A stretch of 63,524 nucleotides of DNA, the filler included, from Malassezia furfur (taxonomy: Eukaryota), in NCBI GenBank assembly GCA_052055015.1. It is 29 parts of 29 records of this genome, joined end to end, with 100 filler letters (N's around TTAATTAATTAA, not from the genome) between each part and the next. Parts side by side here need not be neighbours in the genome. Positions count along the whole stretch, not along the records: positions 22,446 to 24,555 come from JBQJIT010000977.1; positions 24,656 to 26,762 come from JBQJIT010000978.1; positions 26,863 to 28,964 come from JBQJIT010000979.1; positions 29,065 to 31,161 come from JBQJIT010000980.1; positions 31,262 to 33,354 come from JBQJIT010000981.1; positions 33,455 to 35,546 come from JBQJIT010000982.1; 23 more parts are not named here. One strand, 5' to 3'. The position numbers and the translations under genes are program-made. Shown piece by piece: positions 22,446-33,622 of the stretch. The stretch's first letter is position 1; each line of letters starts with the position of its first letter. The notes below the pieces were generated by a model. It had not been told where the DNA came from. It ran no database searches and was given only the letters and a program-made list of their open reading frames with translations.

Positions 22446-23793
22446 CCTGGTCGGCCTTGGTGCCCGTGGTCTGCACCGCCTTGCGCGTGACGGGCGGCTT
22501 CGCATAGTACGCGAGGCCCGCGTGCGACCAGTCGCGCAGAATCCGGCGCGCGGCGCCAAACGTGTCCGGTACTCCCTTGCGCTTCAGCCGCCCGACGGAG
22601 CGCGCGACACCAATGAGGAACTGCTCGGTATCCGCGCGCGCCTTGTCCTGCGCAAGCAGCTCCTGCTCCAGCAGCGCCTCGTCCGCCGGCGCGTCCTCGT
22701 CGAGGCTCGGTTGCGCGGGTACAAACGAGCCAAATGCCGGCGTGCCGTAGATCAGCATGAGGTCCTCCGGGTGAGCGACGCGCGAAAGCAGCGTGCTCAC
22801 GAGCTGCAGCGGGTCCTTGAAACGCTGCAGGTTGCCCTGATTCCGCGCGAGGATCCACAGGGACTTGCGCCGCTGCTTTTCCAGGCGCGCGAGCTCGCGC
22901 TGTGCATCTTCTTCATCGTCGTCGTCCTGCTCTTCGTCGTCGTCATCCTCCTCGTCCTCCTCGTCCTCCTCGTCGCTGTCTGCGGCCGCAGGCACCGACG
23001 CGTGCATGGGGACCATAGCCGGCGTGTCGTACACGAGCTCGTCGCCGTCCTTTTCCTGGAATGCGCCCTGCAGCGCGGTCGCGAGCGCCGTCTTGCCGGC
23101 ATTTTCCATGCCAATGACCGCGGCGGCCTTCTTCTTGAGCTTGGGCGCGAGGTACTGCGCAAGCGCGTCGATGCCCTGCGCCTGCGTGGACGGCGGCACA
23201 CTCACGGGGAACACGGCGCGCTTGGTATCCAGCAGCGCATACACCCACGCGGTGAGCACCTCGGCAGGCACCAGATCCGCCTTGGTCAGCGCCAGAACCA
23301 CCTCGGGGCTCTTTTTCGTGAGCTGCGTGTCGAGCCAGGCGCTGCGGAACGCCGACGGATCGCGCGCGTCGAGCGCGTACACGAGCACGCCGACGTCGCT
23401 GCTGCGCGTAAGCACGTTTTCGAGCGGCGTGCGCAGCAGCGGCGCGTGCGGCAGATTGAGCGGCTCTTCGTAGCCCGGCGCAGGCTGATGCTCCTCGTCG
23501 TCCTCCTCGTCGTCGGACGCGTCACCCGCCTGCATCACCTTGGGCTGCTGCACGCCCATGCGCTGCTCCTCGGCGATGCGGCGCTTCTGCTCGATCTCGT
23601 TGAGCAGCTGCTCCTTGTACGGGAAGCTGTTGGGAATGCCCGGGTCGTCGCGGCGGCGCGAGCGCCACTGCGGGTTCGGATTCCGCTTGGCCTCGCGGCG
23701 CTGCTTGCGGTGGTGCTCGCGCACCTTGCGATTCACCTTCTCGCGCTGCTTGGTTGTCTGGCGCTTGCTCGCACGTTTCTTCACGCGCACCAT
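22446..23793 (-). CDS. NUG1: Nucleolar circularly permuted GTPase Nug1/Grn1/GNL3 (3' truncated)
   Basis: Basic N-terminus KVREHHRKQRREAK...DPGIPNSFPYKE, then LDARDP, LTKADL, GMENAGKT, DTP and VARSVGRLKRKGVPD..AAR.ILRDW. Confidence 0.9.
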
Positions 23794-23850
23794 CGTGGCA
23801 GAGAGCAGCCGCCAAATTTTTTCGGCGCGCACGTGGCGTGTGCAGGGACC

Positions 23851-24482
23851 ATGGCGACGGCGCACAGCGTCCTTGTGCACGCGCAGGGCGTCTCGTACAC
23901 GGCGAGCGTGCTCGTCGAGGGCACCGGCGTGCACATAGGCGTCGTGCGCAACATTGGCGAGCACGCGCGGCGTGCGCCGTGGTGGATCGCCTACGTACCG
24001 TCCCCCCACCGCGCGCCGAGCGCGGCCGGCGCCGGCGACGCCGCTGCCGCGTGGGCGGAGCGCGTCGTGGAGCACTGGGCGGGCGTGTCGCTCACCCTGT
24101 CGGATCCCGACACGCCTGAAGAGGACGCCGAGAGCGATGCGCCCGAGGAGGTGTGCACAGTGCGTGTGCCGCTACCGACGCCGCTCGTCGTGCAGGTGTC
24201 GCCGGCGAGCGAGCGCGCGAGCAGCGTGTACGCTGCGCGCCTCGTGCACGCCCTGACCGAGCACACGCAGCGCCAGGTCGCAGCGCTCGAGGCGGCGGTG
24301 CGTGCGTCGCATGCGGCGCTCGACACCGAGCGCGCCAAGTACCGCGAGCTGCTCGCGGCGCATCCCCCCAGCACCGCGCGGTACGCCGCGGCGTCGATCG
24401 TGCACCCCGGGCGTATCCGGTACGTGGCGCATACTGACGCAGCCGCCAGACGGACCTGGGCGGATTCGAAGGCGATCCGTGA
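23851..24482 (+). CDS. 202-aa protein, candidate PAXX/XRCC4-superfamily NHEJ factor; intron 24420-24442 (23 nt)
   Basis: Beta-rich head, predicted coiled coil, and a spliced tail ASIVHPGRIRRQTDLGGFEGDP* resembling the PAXX C-terminal SLINPG..K....G..F motif. Confidence 0.55.
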
Positions 24483-24655
24483 CGTATTTCCCCCCCCCCT
24501 CTATGGCATGGGCGCCTGCGCCTGCCGCGCCTCGTCGCGCTCTCTCCGCAGCTGCNNNNNNNNNNNNNNNNNNNNNNNNNNNNNNNNNNNNNNNNNNNNT
24601 TAATTAATTAANNNNNNNNNNNNNNNNNNNNNNNNNNNNNNNNNNNNNNNNNNNN

Positions 24656-25933
24656 GGCGTCGCGGCACCCGGTCCGGCACGGCCGACGTCCGCGTCATGC
24701 GCCGCCTCGGTGTCTGGCCCCTTGGACCCGTGGGTCGGCTCCGCCGGCGTCGCGAGCGCTTCAGCAGGCCTGGCGGCCGGCCATCCCAGCGTGTCCTCGC
24801 GCAGCGACAGCTCCGCGCTCGGCACCGGCTTCGGCTTCCATACACCCCGCTGCTCGCGCAGCGACGCCGTCGGCCATTCGGCGGCGCGTGCGTCGTCGTC
24901 CGTCGGCGGGCCCAAACAGTACTCAGCCCCGAGCGTGAGGTCCGAGAGGTAGGAGTATACGTTCAGGTCGTAGCGCGCACACAGCGTCAAATCCTCCTCG
25001 GTCTGCGCCGTGTACGCGTACCGCACATGGCCCATCATGGGGTTCAGCGTGACGCTCGACACCGCGGGGTAGCTCACGCGGCGCCCTTGCGCATCGAAGA
25101 TCGGCGGCTGCGCATACCGCATCCCGAGCGAAACTGGGTCAGCACACCCACGTACATCCGGCACTCATTTCGGCGGCGCTCACAAACACCTCGCCGCCCG
25201 CACTCAGCACGCCGGGCTGCAGCATCGTCGGCGCGCGGAGCATGCGCAGCACACGCATGCCCCACAGTGCGTCGTCAACCGAGTAGCTGTACTCGGCCAT
25301 GGTCCGCTCGGTTTGCATCTGGAGCGTGAGCTGCAAATTGGTCGTGCCCGGCGCAACGAGCGTCGGGAGCGATGGCGCGCCGGGCGCTACAAGCCCGAGG
25401 CGGCGCGCGAGCGGTAGCAGGGGGTAGCGCGGCGCATTCGACAGCGCGGTCATGAGCAGCTGCCAGTGCGGCGCGAGACGCATCGCGACGACGCCCTCGA
25501 CGTATGTCGTGGGCACATGAAAGCACCCGTACATCAGCACATCGCGCGGCGGCGCGCGCCGACGCAGCGCATCCCACAGGCCGTGCGCCGATGCGTCTCG
25601 GTACGGCAGCAGCCCCGGGGGGTGGTCGGGCGTCAAGAATGGCGACGCAAACGACAGCCGCTTTTCGGCGCGCTGGATGCACTTGGTATCGAACGGAGCT
25701 GGGGTCGCGACGTGTGTGTAGCCCAACGCGCCGCTCAGCGGCACGAGCAGGAGGCGTGCGGAGGAGAGCAGGCTAGGTACCTGCGTCGACGCGGACGAGA
25801 GCAGCACACCGTTCGGTACCTCGAAGTCGACGAGCACGCTAGCCGCGCGCATGAGCTGTGCGTACGATTGCTGCTCATTCCATCCCGTCACGCGGTAGTA
25901 CTCGCGCAGGAGCACCGTCGCGGCATCGTACAT
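24656..25933 (-). CDS. MDM10: Mitochondrial beta-barrel protein Mdm10; intron 25134-25155 (22 nt); 3' truncated
   Basis: LREYYRVTGWNEQQSYAQL, EYSYSVDDALWGMRVL, LSAGGEVF, TLNPMMGH and RYDLNVYSYLSDLTLGAE. Confidence 0.92.
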
Positions 25934-26046
25934 GCTGCGCCAAGTGGAGCCGCGCACGGCGCACGGGGCTGCCGAAATCGGCCCGATTTTTCGCTACGTC
26001 ACTGTACAAGGGGGCTGGGTGGAGACACGACAGGATGCGTCGCGGC

Positions 26047-26762
26047 TTACGCGCCAAAGATGTGCTCGACCTCGTCGATGCCGCCCGGCTGCGGCGACGG
26101 CAGCGGCGCCGCAGGGATCGCCAGGGGCGAGCCTGGTGCGGCCTCCGTCGCAGCACCGTGCGCGCGCGGTGGATCGCTCCCGTACTGCTCGGTGGACAGG
26201 GCATCCTCCACGAGGTCCTCCATGTTCCAGTGCAGCATGGGGTGCAGCTGCGCGGGACTCGAGTTGACGCGCCGGCCCAAGCCGCCAGGATCGGCGTGCG
26301 CCGACCAGGACACATGCCGCGCGGAGCGCTCGCCCTGGGGCGATGCGGAGGGCGCGCGCGGCGACGCCGAAGCCAGCACACGCATCTCGCGCGGGCTCAG
26401 GTGCTCCCACACGTTGCGGTTTTCGTCGAGGCTGCGTGCGCCCGTATCAGGCGCATCCGTGGGCACAGCATCGGCCGGCGTATCCGACACGGCGGGCGCC
26501 TCGGGCGCCGCCGATGCGTCGGCGGACGTGGCGTCTGCGGCAAACATCTCATGGAGCACATCCTCGTAGACGTCCAGGTAGCCCTCCACCGCGTCGTCCG
26601 AGATGTAGCGCCCCGGCGTGCTGACCGCCGCGGGACGCTGCCGCAGCGGGAAGGCGTCGCGCTCAAACGCGACGCTCGCCGCGTCGTGCGCATTGTGCGG
26701 CGGCTCGGGCGCCGCATGCAGCGCCTCGCCGTTCCCGGAGCCGGCGCGCGGTAGCTCAGGCG
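26047..26762 (-). CDS. C-terminal fragment of a hypothetical protein
   Basis: Open frame from the contig edge to TAA at 26047-26049 with the codon usage of neighbouring genes; no family recognised. Confidence 0.5.
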
Positions 26763-26862
26763 NNNNNNNNNNNNNNNNNNNNNNNNNNNNNNNNNNNNNN
26801 NNNNNNTTAATTAATTAANNNNNNNNNNNNNNNNNNNNNNNNNNNNNNNNNNNNNNNNNNNN

Positions 26863-26971
26863 CCGGTGGCGGCCCTGGCGGCCCTGGTGGCGGCCCCGGT
26901 GGCCGGCGCACCGGCTCACGCGCCCTGTCTGCACCCTCGTCGCGGGGCACGCCGCGGTACGCGTCGTCCAT
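26863..26971 (-). CDS. N-terminus of a Pro-rich hypothetical protein
   Basis: ATG in a GCGACCATG context, open to the contig end (MDDAYRG...PPGPPP). Confidence 0.35.
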
Positions 26972-27020
26972 GGTCGCGACGCGTGGAGAAAACCGCTTCG
27001 AACCTATGTGGAGGCACTTT

Positions 27021-28964
27021 CTAGACACTGTCGGTCGTGGGGTCGAGCACCGAGAGCGCCTCGAGCAGCGGCGGCGAGGCCGCGGACGATGCATGGTCGA
27101 CGCCCTCGCCAGGCACGAGCTGGTGCAGGAGGTAGTTGCAAAATGCCGTGCTCGTCCAGTAGCTCATGTGCGCACGGAACATGTCGAGGTATTGCGTAAA
27201 CTGGGGCGTCAGTGCGTCCACGTACCTGATTGACCGAGCCGCCGTCCACAACATAGTCGATGCATCCGTTCGAGTTCAGCGCAAGGAACCGCCGCTCGCC
27301 CATATCTAGCTCCTCCAGGGGGAACGGCGCCGCTTGCTTGTCGGACTCGGGCGTCGCACCGGTCGAGCTCGCGGGCGGCGGCGCAGCGCCCGAGTTCGGC
27401 GCCGCGGGCGACCGCGTGAGCGCCGCGCGTAGGAACTGCAGCGGCGACGCGGGGCTGGGCTTGTCGGCCGGCCGTGCGCGCGGCGACGTGGGCGCCTTGA
27501 GCGCGGCGTCGTGGGCTGTCGGCGTCGCGGCGCCGTCCGGCGTGTCGGCGTCCTCGCCCGAGGACCCGTTCGGCGCGCCGCCGGCCGGGTCGTCAGCCTC
27601 ACCCACGTGCTGGCCGTCCGCCGTGCCTTTCGCCTGGCCGTCCGCCGTGCCTTTGTCCTGGGCTTCCGGCTGGGCTTCCGGCTGGGCTTCCGGCTGGGCT
27701 TCCGGCTGGGCTTCGGCCTGGGCTTCGGCCTGGGCTTCGAACTTGGCTTCCGGCTGGGCCTCGGGCTGGGCCTCGGGCTTGGCTTCCGGCTGGGCCTCCG
27801 ACATTCCCTCGGCCGGGGACGCCACCGCATCGGACGCGCCAGGGCTGTCACCCCCTGATCCCGGTGGCGCGTCGGCATCGTGCCGCACGACGCGCGGCAG
27901 GTCCGTCGCCGAGGCGCTGCCCGCCTCGCCCTCCGCCTCGCCCTCCGCCTCGCCCTCCGCCTCGCCCCCCGCGATGGCAAACTGGTTCTTCATCACCCGC
28001 GCAATGCTCACGCGCGGCTGCCCCAGCGCGCGCGCCAGCATCCCCGGGTCGCGCGGCACTTCGACGGGGCGCATGAGCCGCGCGTACGGCGCATCGACGG
28101 TCGCCGACAGCTGGAAACTCACCGGGTCCGTCGCGGCATAGATCTGGGTCAGTGCGTTGACGTACGTTGTGGATCTGCTCGACCGCCAGGCACCCCTCGA
28201 CGCCCGTGGCATCGAGCGTGACGTCGTCTTGCTGCTGGTACACGTTGGTGCCGGTGGTCCGGCGGCGCGCGACGAGGCGCGTGCCGTTCAGGTAAAAGAG
28301 CAGCGGCAGCGGCGACCCGACCGAGAAAAAGTGCGCGACGTTGAACAGCAGCTCGCGCGCATCGAGGTGCAGGCGCGGCGCGTCGCGCGTCGACAGCGGC
28401 GCGACGTGCGTCGGCTGCGCCGCCAGCAGATCCGACGCGAGCGCCGAGCCGAGCGAGTGGCCCAGCACCGACACGCGCCCGCCGCGCTGCTCAAACGTGG
28501 GGTTGCGCTGCACAAACAGGCGGTACAGCCGGTTGGCCTCCTCGCGCACGGCGCGCAGCATCGCCGCGCGGTGCGCCGACATGTAGAACGGGATGTCGAG
28601 CAGCACCTTGGCGATCACCGCACGCACCGCGGGGATCGTCTGGTCGTTGGTGATGTCGCTCAGCGTGTACGCGCCGTGCTCCGGCTCAAAGTCGAGGCGG
28701 TGCCGCCAGCAGATGGGGATCAGCTTGATGCGCGCGCCGCTCAGCTGCCGCGCCATCTCGGGGTGCTGCGCCTGCTGCCGCAGCGTCGTGCGCAGCCGCT
28801 CGAGGTCGTGCACAAAGTGCGTCGCCTGGTAGTCTTCCGACAGCTTCTGCCCGATGCCGTGGATGCAGAACACGAGGTGCTGCGGCAGCGACTCGTCCGC
28901 CTCGTCCTCCTCGACGTCCGCAGTCGACGCCAGGTCGCCCAGCAGGTCGTCGGACGCGTCGGTG
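27021..28964 (-). CDS. DDHD-domain intracellular phospholipase A1 (Ddl1-like; 5' truncated); introns 28144-28165 (22 nt) and 27201-27225 (25 nt)
   Basis: HLVFCIHGIGQ, PICWR, LLDIPFYMS, lipase GHSLG, FFSVGSPL, N|IY..TDPVSF, NG.IDY and AHMSYW. Confidence 0.88.
27658..27800 (-). repeat. 12-bp coding tandem repeat (EAQP/EAKP) within the DDHD gene
   Basis: About 12 imperfect copies of GGCTGGGCTTCC on the + strand. Confidence 0.9.
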
Positions 28965-29064
28965 NNNNNNNNNNNNNNNNNNNNNNNNNNNNNNNNNNNN
29001 NNNNNNNNTTAATTAATTAANNNNNNNNNNNNNNNNNNNNNNNNNNNNNNNNNNNNNNNNNNNN

Positions 29065-29468
29065 CGCACCTGCAGGCGAACCCCACGGTGAACGAGCTGC
29101 AGTTCAAGGAGTACCAGCAAAAGAAGGAGCAGCACCTCGAAGAGACGCGCACGAGCCTCCTGGAGCGCTACGGCGGCGCAGAGCACCTCAAGGCGCCGCC
29201 GCGCGAGCTGCTCGCGGGCCAGACAGAGCACTACGCCGAGTACAGCCCGTCGGGCGAGGTGATCCGCGGGCAGCCGCGCGCGACGCCGCGCTCGCGCTAC
29301 GAGGAGGACGTGTTCGACACGAACCACACCGCGGTCTGGGGCTCCTTCTACGACCTCGCGACGGGCGCGTGGGGCTACAAGTGCTGCCACAACACCGTGT
29401 ACCGCTCCTACTGCACGGGCCAGGCGGGCATCGAGGCCGCGCGCACCGCGGCGCCCGCGCAGACGTAG
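29065..29468 (+). CDS. SLU7: Pre-mRNA second-step splicing factor Slu7 (3' part)
   Basis: HLQANPT, LERYGG.EHL..PP.ELL.GQTE.Y.EY, RSRYEED, NHTAVWGSF and WGYKCCH....SYCTG. Confidence 0.93.
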
Positions 29469-29485
29469 GCTATACCCTGTACATG

Positions 29486-30325
29486 TTAGTTTTGCAGCCG
29501 CTTGTGCGCGTCGCTGGCGATGCGCTCGACCTGCGCGGTGTGCGACTTGATGAGGTCCTCGAGGCGCTTCGCCTCCTTCTGCGAGGTGTTCTTGCTGATT
29601 ACCTTATTGTCCAGGTCGTGCTTGAGCTGCTTCTGCGCCGTGTGCCGCTCGCTGCGGAGCGCAATCTTGGCGTGCTCACACGCCTGGGAGCACTTGTGCA
29701 GCAGCTGCTGCCGCGTCTCGCCCGTGGGCCTGCGTCAGCGTGCGACGTACTTGGGCACGGGCACCACCAGCACGCCCTCGCCCTCCTCGGGCGCAAGGCG
29801 CGGCGTCAGGTCGAGCTTGGCCGCGTAGATGCCGCGCTCAATGTGCTTGATCGACTGCGTCAGCGGCCGCACCTACACTCTCGTCGTACGCCGTGATGAT
29901 CAGGCAGTTGTCGCGCACGCCGACCGTCGCGTAGTCGTGCAGCGGCGTGGGCTTGGCATCCTTGCCGTACTGTACACGGACCGGGTCCAGGAGCGCTGGG
30001 TCAGGGGCGGCGCCAACGTACACGCATCGACGCGGCCCAGCGAGCCGACCAGCGTCTGCACGGCATCGGCGCACCACGCCACCGTCTTGTTCATCTTCTC
30101 GTTCAATACGTCGAGGTCCAGCTGGCCCTCGACGTCCGCGGGCGGCTCGGCGGCCGCGGCCTTTTCGCCGCCCTTTTTCTTCTTGGCGAGCGGCGCCGTG
30201 GTCGTGAGTGTGCGTAGCGCGGGCGCGGCCGGCGCAGCGGTGCGTGCAGCAGCGAGGCTGGGCAGGGCGCGCCGCGGCGCCGTCCACGCGGTGCGTGCCA
30301 AGCGCGGTGCGAAGCGGGCGAGCAT
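29486..30325 (-). CDS. RRF1: Mitochondrial ribosome recycling factor; introns 29996-30021 (26 nt), 29855-29876 (22 nt), 29730-29750 (21 nt)
   Basis: Arg-rich presequence, LGRVDA|.LLDPVRV, PLHDYATVGV, IKHIERGI...LDLTP and VPVPK|PTGETRQ. The 21-nt intron carries an in-frame TGA, so it must be removed. Confidence 0.85.
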
Positions 30326-30509
30326 CGTGGGGGTGTCGGCGCCTCCACCCGGGCCCATGACGCAAAAAGGGGCCGATTCTGGCATACGAGGCCGTGCCTA
30401 TCTGCTGGTGCCCCGCGCCGGCCGGCCCCCCTCGTGCGGGTCGGATCACAAGAGCCAGCTCCGTTCTACCTCCTACATGGACGAGCGATGGGTATAGGAC
30501 AGCCACAGG

Positions 30510-31161
30510 TCAATCGTACTCCTCGTCCTCCTCGAGCGCACGCTTCGTGCCCTGCGCGCCGTCCTTGTGCGAGGCCTCCTCCATGGTAGTGTCGGCGCTC
30601 GCGTCGCCGCGTGCGGCGCTGGACGGCGCCGCGCCGCCGGCCGCACTCGCCTCGGGCGGCGGCATGATCGAGTCGCCAAACTGGGTCTCGGGCGGGTTCG
30701 GCACGATCGAGAAGTTGACGTTCATTAGGCAGTGCTCCGGCGGGGGCAGGCGGATCCCGTGGCGGTTCGACACGGGCGGGAGTGGCACGCTGTTGAGCGA
30801 CGACGCGAGTGAGAGGAGCATCTGGTGTGAGCGGGCGCGCCGCGCGACGACTCCGACATACCTCCTTGGGCGGCGGCTGTGAGAAGCTGTAGTTGACGCG
30901 GCTCTGGATCGCGAGCTGGACGTCGTCGATCGACACATTGCTCCCCCCCTGCCGGGAGGCGGCGTGGTCCGCGTAGACGAGCGCGTCCTGGAGCACCTGG
31001 CTGGTGTACCCTGGTGTGAGCGGCGGGCGACGTACGGTGCGCAAACTCCATGAGCTGGACGAGCACCGCAGGCTCGGTGTCCTCGATGCCCATACTCGCC
31101 AAGATCAGCGCAATGAGCCGTGCGTCGCGCGGCACGGGCGCGGGCGCGGACGCACGGCTCA
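30510..31161 (-). CDS. TAF9: TFIID/SAGA subunit Taf9; introns 31011-31035 (25 nt) and 30822-30861 (40 nt)
   Basis: PRDARLIALILASMG, QLMEFAH|RYT..VLQDA, DDVQLAI, PPPKE|MLL.LA...N..PLP and GIRLPP. Confidence 0.93.
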
Positions 31162-31307
31162 NNNNNNNNNNNNNNNNNNNNNNNNNNNNNNNNNNNNNNN
31201 NNNNNTTAATTAATTAANNNNNNNNNNNNNNNNNNNNNNNNNNNNNNNNNNNNNNNNNNNNCGCCCACGAGGGATTTTCTTCCGTGGCGGCGCTCCTTGG
31301 AGAAACC

Positions 31308-32957
31308 ATGTCGTTTCGTGACCCGAGCCGGCGCCAGGACCGGTACAAGGCCAAAGGTGCATTCAAACAAGATGAGCTTCGTCGCCGTCGTGAGGAGGCG
31401 CAAGTAGAGATCCGCCGCCAGAAGCGTGAGGAGAGCATGGCCAAGCGCCGCAACCTCAACCTGCAGCAGGTCTCGGATGCGCCCGACTCGGACGAGGATG
31501 AGGACGACGTTGCGGACGACCTCGACGCGCAGATCACCTCGCAGCTGCCTCAGATGGTGCAGGGCGTGCAGAGTGACAACTTGGACCAGCAGCTCGAGGC
31601 GACCACCAAGTTCCGCAAGCTGCTGTCCAAGGAGAAGAACCCGCCGATTGACCGCGTGATTTCGTGCGGCGTGGTGCCACGCTTCGTTGAGTTCCTGCGC
31701 AGCCCCCACAGCATGCTGCAGTTTGAGGCGGCGTGGGCCCTGACCAACATTGCGTCGGGCACGTCGGAGCACACGCAGGTGGTGATCAACTGCGGTGCGG
31801 TGCCCATCTTTATTGAGCTGCTCTCCTCGCCCGTGCTGGACGTGCGCGAGCAGGCGGTGTGGGCGCTGGTCAACATTGCGGGTGACTCGACCAAGTGCCG
31901 CGACTATGTGCTGCAGCAGGGCTCGATGCGCTCGCTGCTCGAGCTCCTTAGCGAGGACCACAAGGTGAGCATGCTGCGGAATGCGACGTGGACGCTGAGC
32001 AACCTGTGCCGCGGCAAGAACCCGCAGCCGAGCTGGGAGCTGGTGGCGCCTGCGCTCCCGACGCTCACCAAGCTGGTGTACGCGATGGACGACGAAATCC
32101 TGATCGACGCGTGCTGGGCTATCTCGTACCTTTCGGACGGTGCCAACGAAAAGATCCAGGCGGTGATTGAGAGCGGTGTGTGCCGCCGGCTGGTGGACCT
32201 GCTGATGCACCCGTCGACCGCGGTGCAGACGCCTGCGCTGCGCTCCGTGGGCAACATCGTCACGGGCGACGACATGCAGACGCAGGTGATTGTGGCCTCG
32301 GGTGCGCTGACGCCGCTGCTGGCGCTACTCTCCTCGCCGAAGGACGGCATCAAGAAGGAGGCGTGCTGGACGATCAGCAACATCACCGCGGGCTCCCCCA
32401 ACCAGATCCAGGCGGTGATTGACGCCAACATCATTCCCCCGCTCGTGCACATTCTGAGCCACGCCGACTTCAAGACGAAGAAGGAGGCGTGCTGGGCGAT
32501 CAGCAACGCGACCAGCGGTGGGCTACAGCAGCCGCAGCAGATCCGGTACCTCGTGTCGCAGGGGTGCATCAAGCCGCTGTGTGACCTGCTCAAGAGCATG
32601 GACAACAAGATCATCCAGGTCGCGCTCGATGGCCTGGAGAACATCCTCAAGATTGGCGAGCAGGACAAGGAGGCGATGGGCCCTGGCGCGACAAACCAGT
32701 ACGCGCTGTACATTGAAGAGGCCGGCGGGATGGTGAGCATCCATGCGCTGCAGAACCACGAAAACTTTGACATCTACAAAAAGTGCTTCCACATCATGGA
32801 CAAATACTTCCCCGACGACGACGTGCAGGAGGACACGGGGATCGACGCGCCGCAGGTGAACGAGTCGGGCGCGTTTGCGTTCCCGAGCAACATGGCCGCG
32901 CCCCAGACCGGGTTCCACTTTGGGCCCGCGCCGGGCGCCCAGGATATGCAGTCGTGA
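31308..32957 (+). CDS. SRP1: Importin alpha (karyopherin alpha)
   Basis: IBB domain [29 protein letters not shown] repeats ([27 protein letters not shown]). Confidence 0.97.
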   Translation: MSFRDPSRRQDRYKAKGAFKQDELRRRREEAQVEIRRQKREESMAKRRNLNLQQVSDAPDSDEDEDDVADDLDAQITSQLPQMVQGVQSDNLDQQLEATTKFRKLLSKEKNPPIDRVISCGVVPRFVEFLRSPHSMLQFEAAWALTNIASGTSEHTQVVINCGAVPIFIELLSSPVLDVREQAVWALVNIAGDSTKCRDYVLQQGSMRSLLELLSEDHKVSMLRNATWTLSNLCRGKNPQPSWELVAPALPTLTKLVYAMDDEILIDACWAISYLSDGANEKIQAVIESGVCRRLVDLLMHPSTAVQTPALRSVGNIVTGDDMQTQVIVASGALTPLLALLSSPKDGIKKEACWTISNITAGSPNQIQAVIDANIIPPLVHILSHADFKTKKEACWAISNATSGGLQQPQQIRYLVSQGCIKPLCDLLKSMDNKIIQVALDGLENILKIGEQDKEAMGPGATNQYALYIEEAGGMVSIHALQNHENFDIYKKCFHIMDKYFPDDDVQEDTGIDAPQVNESGAFAFPSNMAAPQTGFHFGPAPGAQDMQS

Positions 32958-32986
32958 TTGGACGACGCGTTGGACGGCGCTGTACA

Positions 32987-33354
32987 GTACACGACGGGGG
33001 CTTCTAGTTTACATAGGTACATCCTCGCTGCTACCTGACCCATGCTCCAGCGACGCACCGTACTGCGCCAGCAACGCGGCCAGCGACGAGTGGCCGTGCG
33101 CGTCGTGCGCCGCACCCAGTACCGTGCCCTGGTCCAGGATGCTGCGCACCACCTCGCCGCCCGGCGGCGTGCTCCGCGCCGAGCCGGGCGCGGGCACTCG
33201 CGCAGACCACACGAGCGCCCCAGAGGACGCGGCGCCCTCTGCGGGCGGCTGCACCTCGGAGCTCGCGCGCGCACGCGTCGTGGGCGCACGCGGCGCCGCG
33301 TACACGACGGGGGCTTCTAGTTTACATAGGTACATCCTCGCTGCTACCTGACCC
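32987..33354. repeat. Exact 55-bp direct repeat (32987-33041 and 33300-33354), period 313 bp
   Basis: GTACACGACGGGGGCTTCTAGTTTACATAGGTACATCCTCGCTGCTACCTGACCC occurs twice; the second copy ends at the contig end. Confidence 0.95.
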
Positions 33355-33622
33355 NNNNNNNNNNNNNNNNNNNNNNNNNNNNNNNNNNNNNNNNNNNNTT
33401 AATTAATTAANNNNNNNNNNNNNNNNNNNNNNNNNNNNNNNNNNNNNNNNNNNNCCGCCCTTGGCCCTTCCCCCCGCCCTGTCGCAGACGTGTCGCTTCT
33501 CTCCCGCCGTGCGCAAAGTGGAGGCAGGCTTGGCACCGGGCCGCGCCGTGATTGGGCCGAGGTTAATGTGCGCACCAAAAGGGCCGCGGAGCATGCGCGG
33601 TTCTCCGTGATAGCGTCCGACC

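Noticed and set aside
10978..24555. Short C-terminal gene stubs at contig ends (10978-11163, 22191-22345, about 24501-24555, all minus strand)
   Set aside because: Probably real gene ends, but too short to assign.
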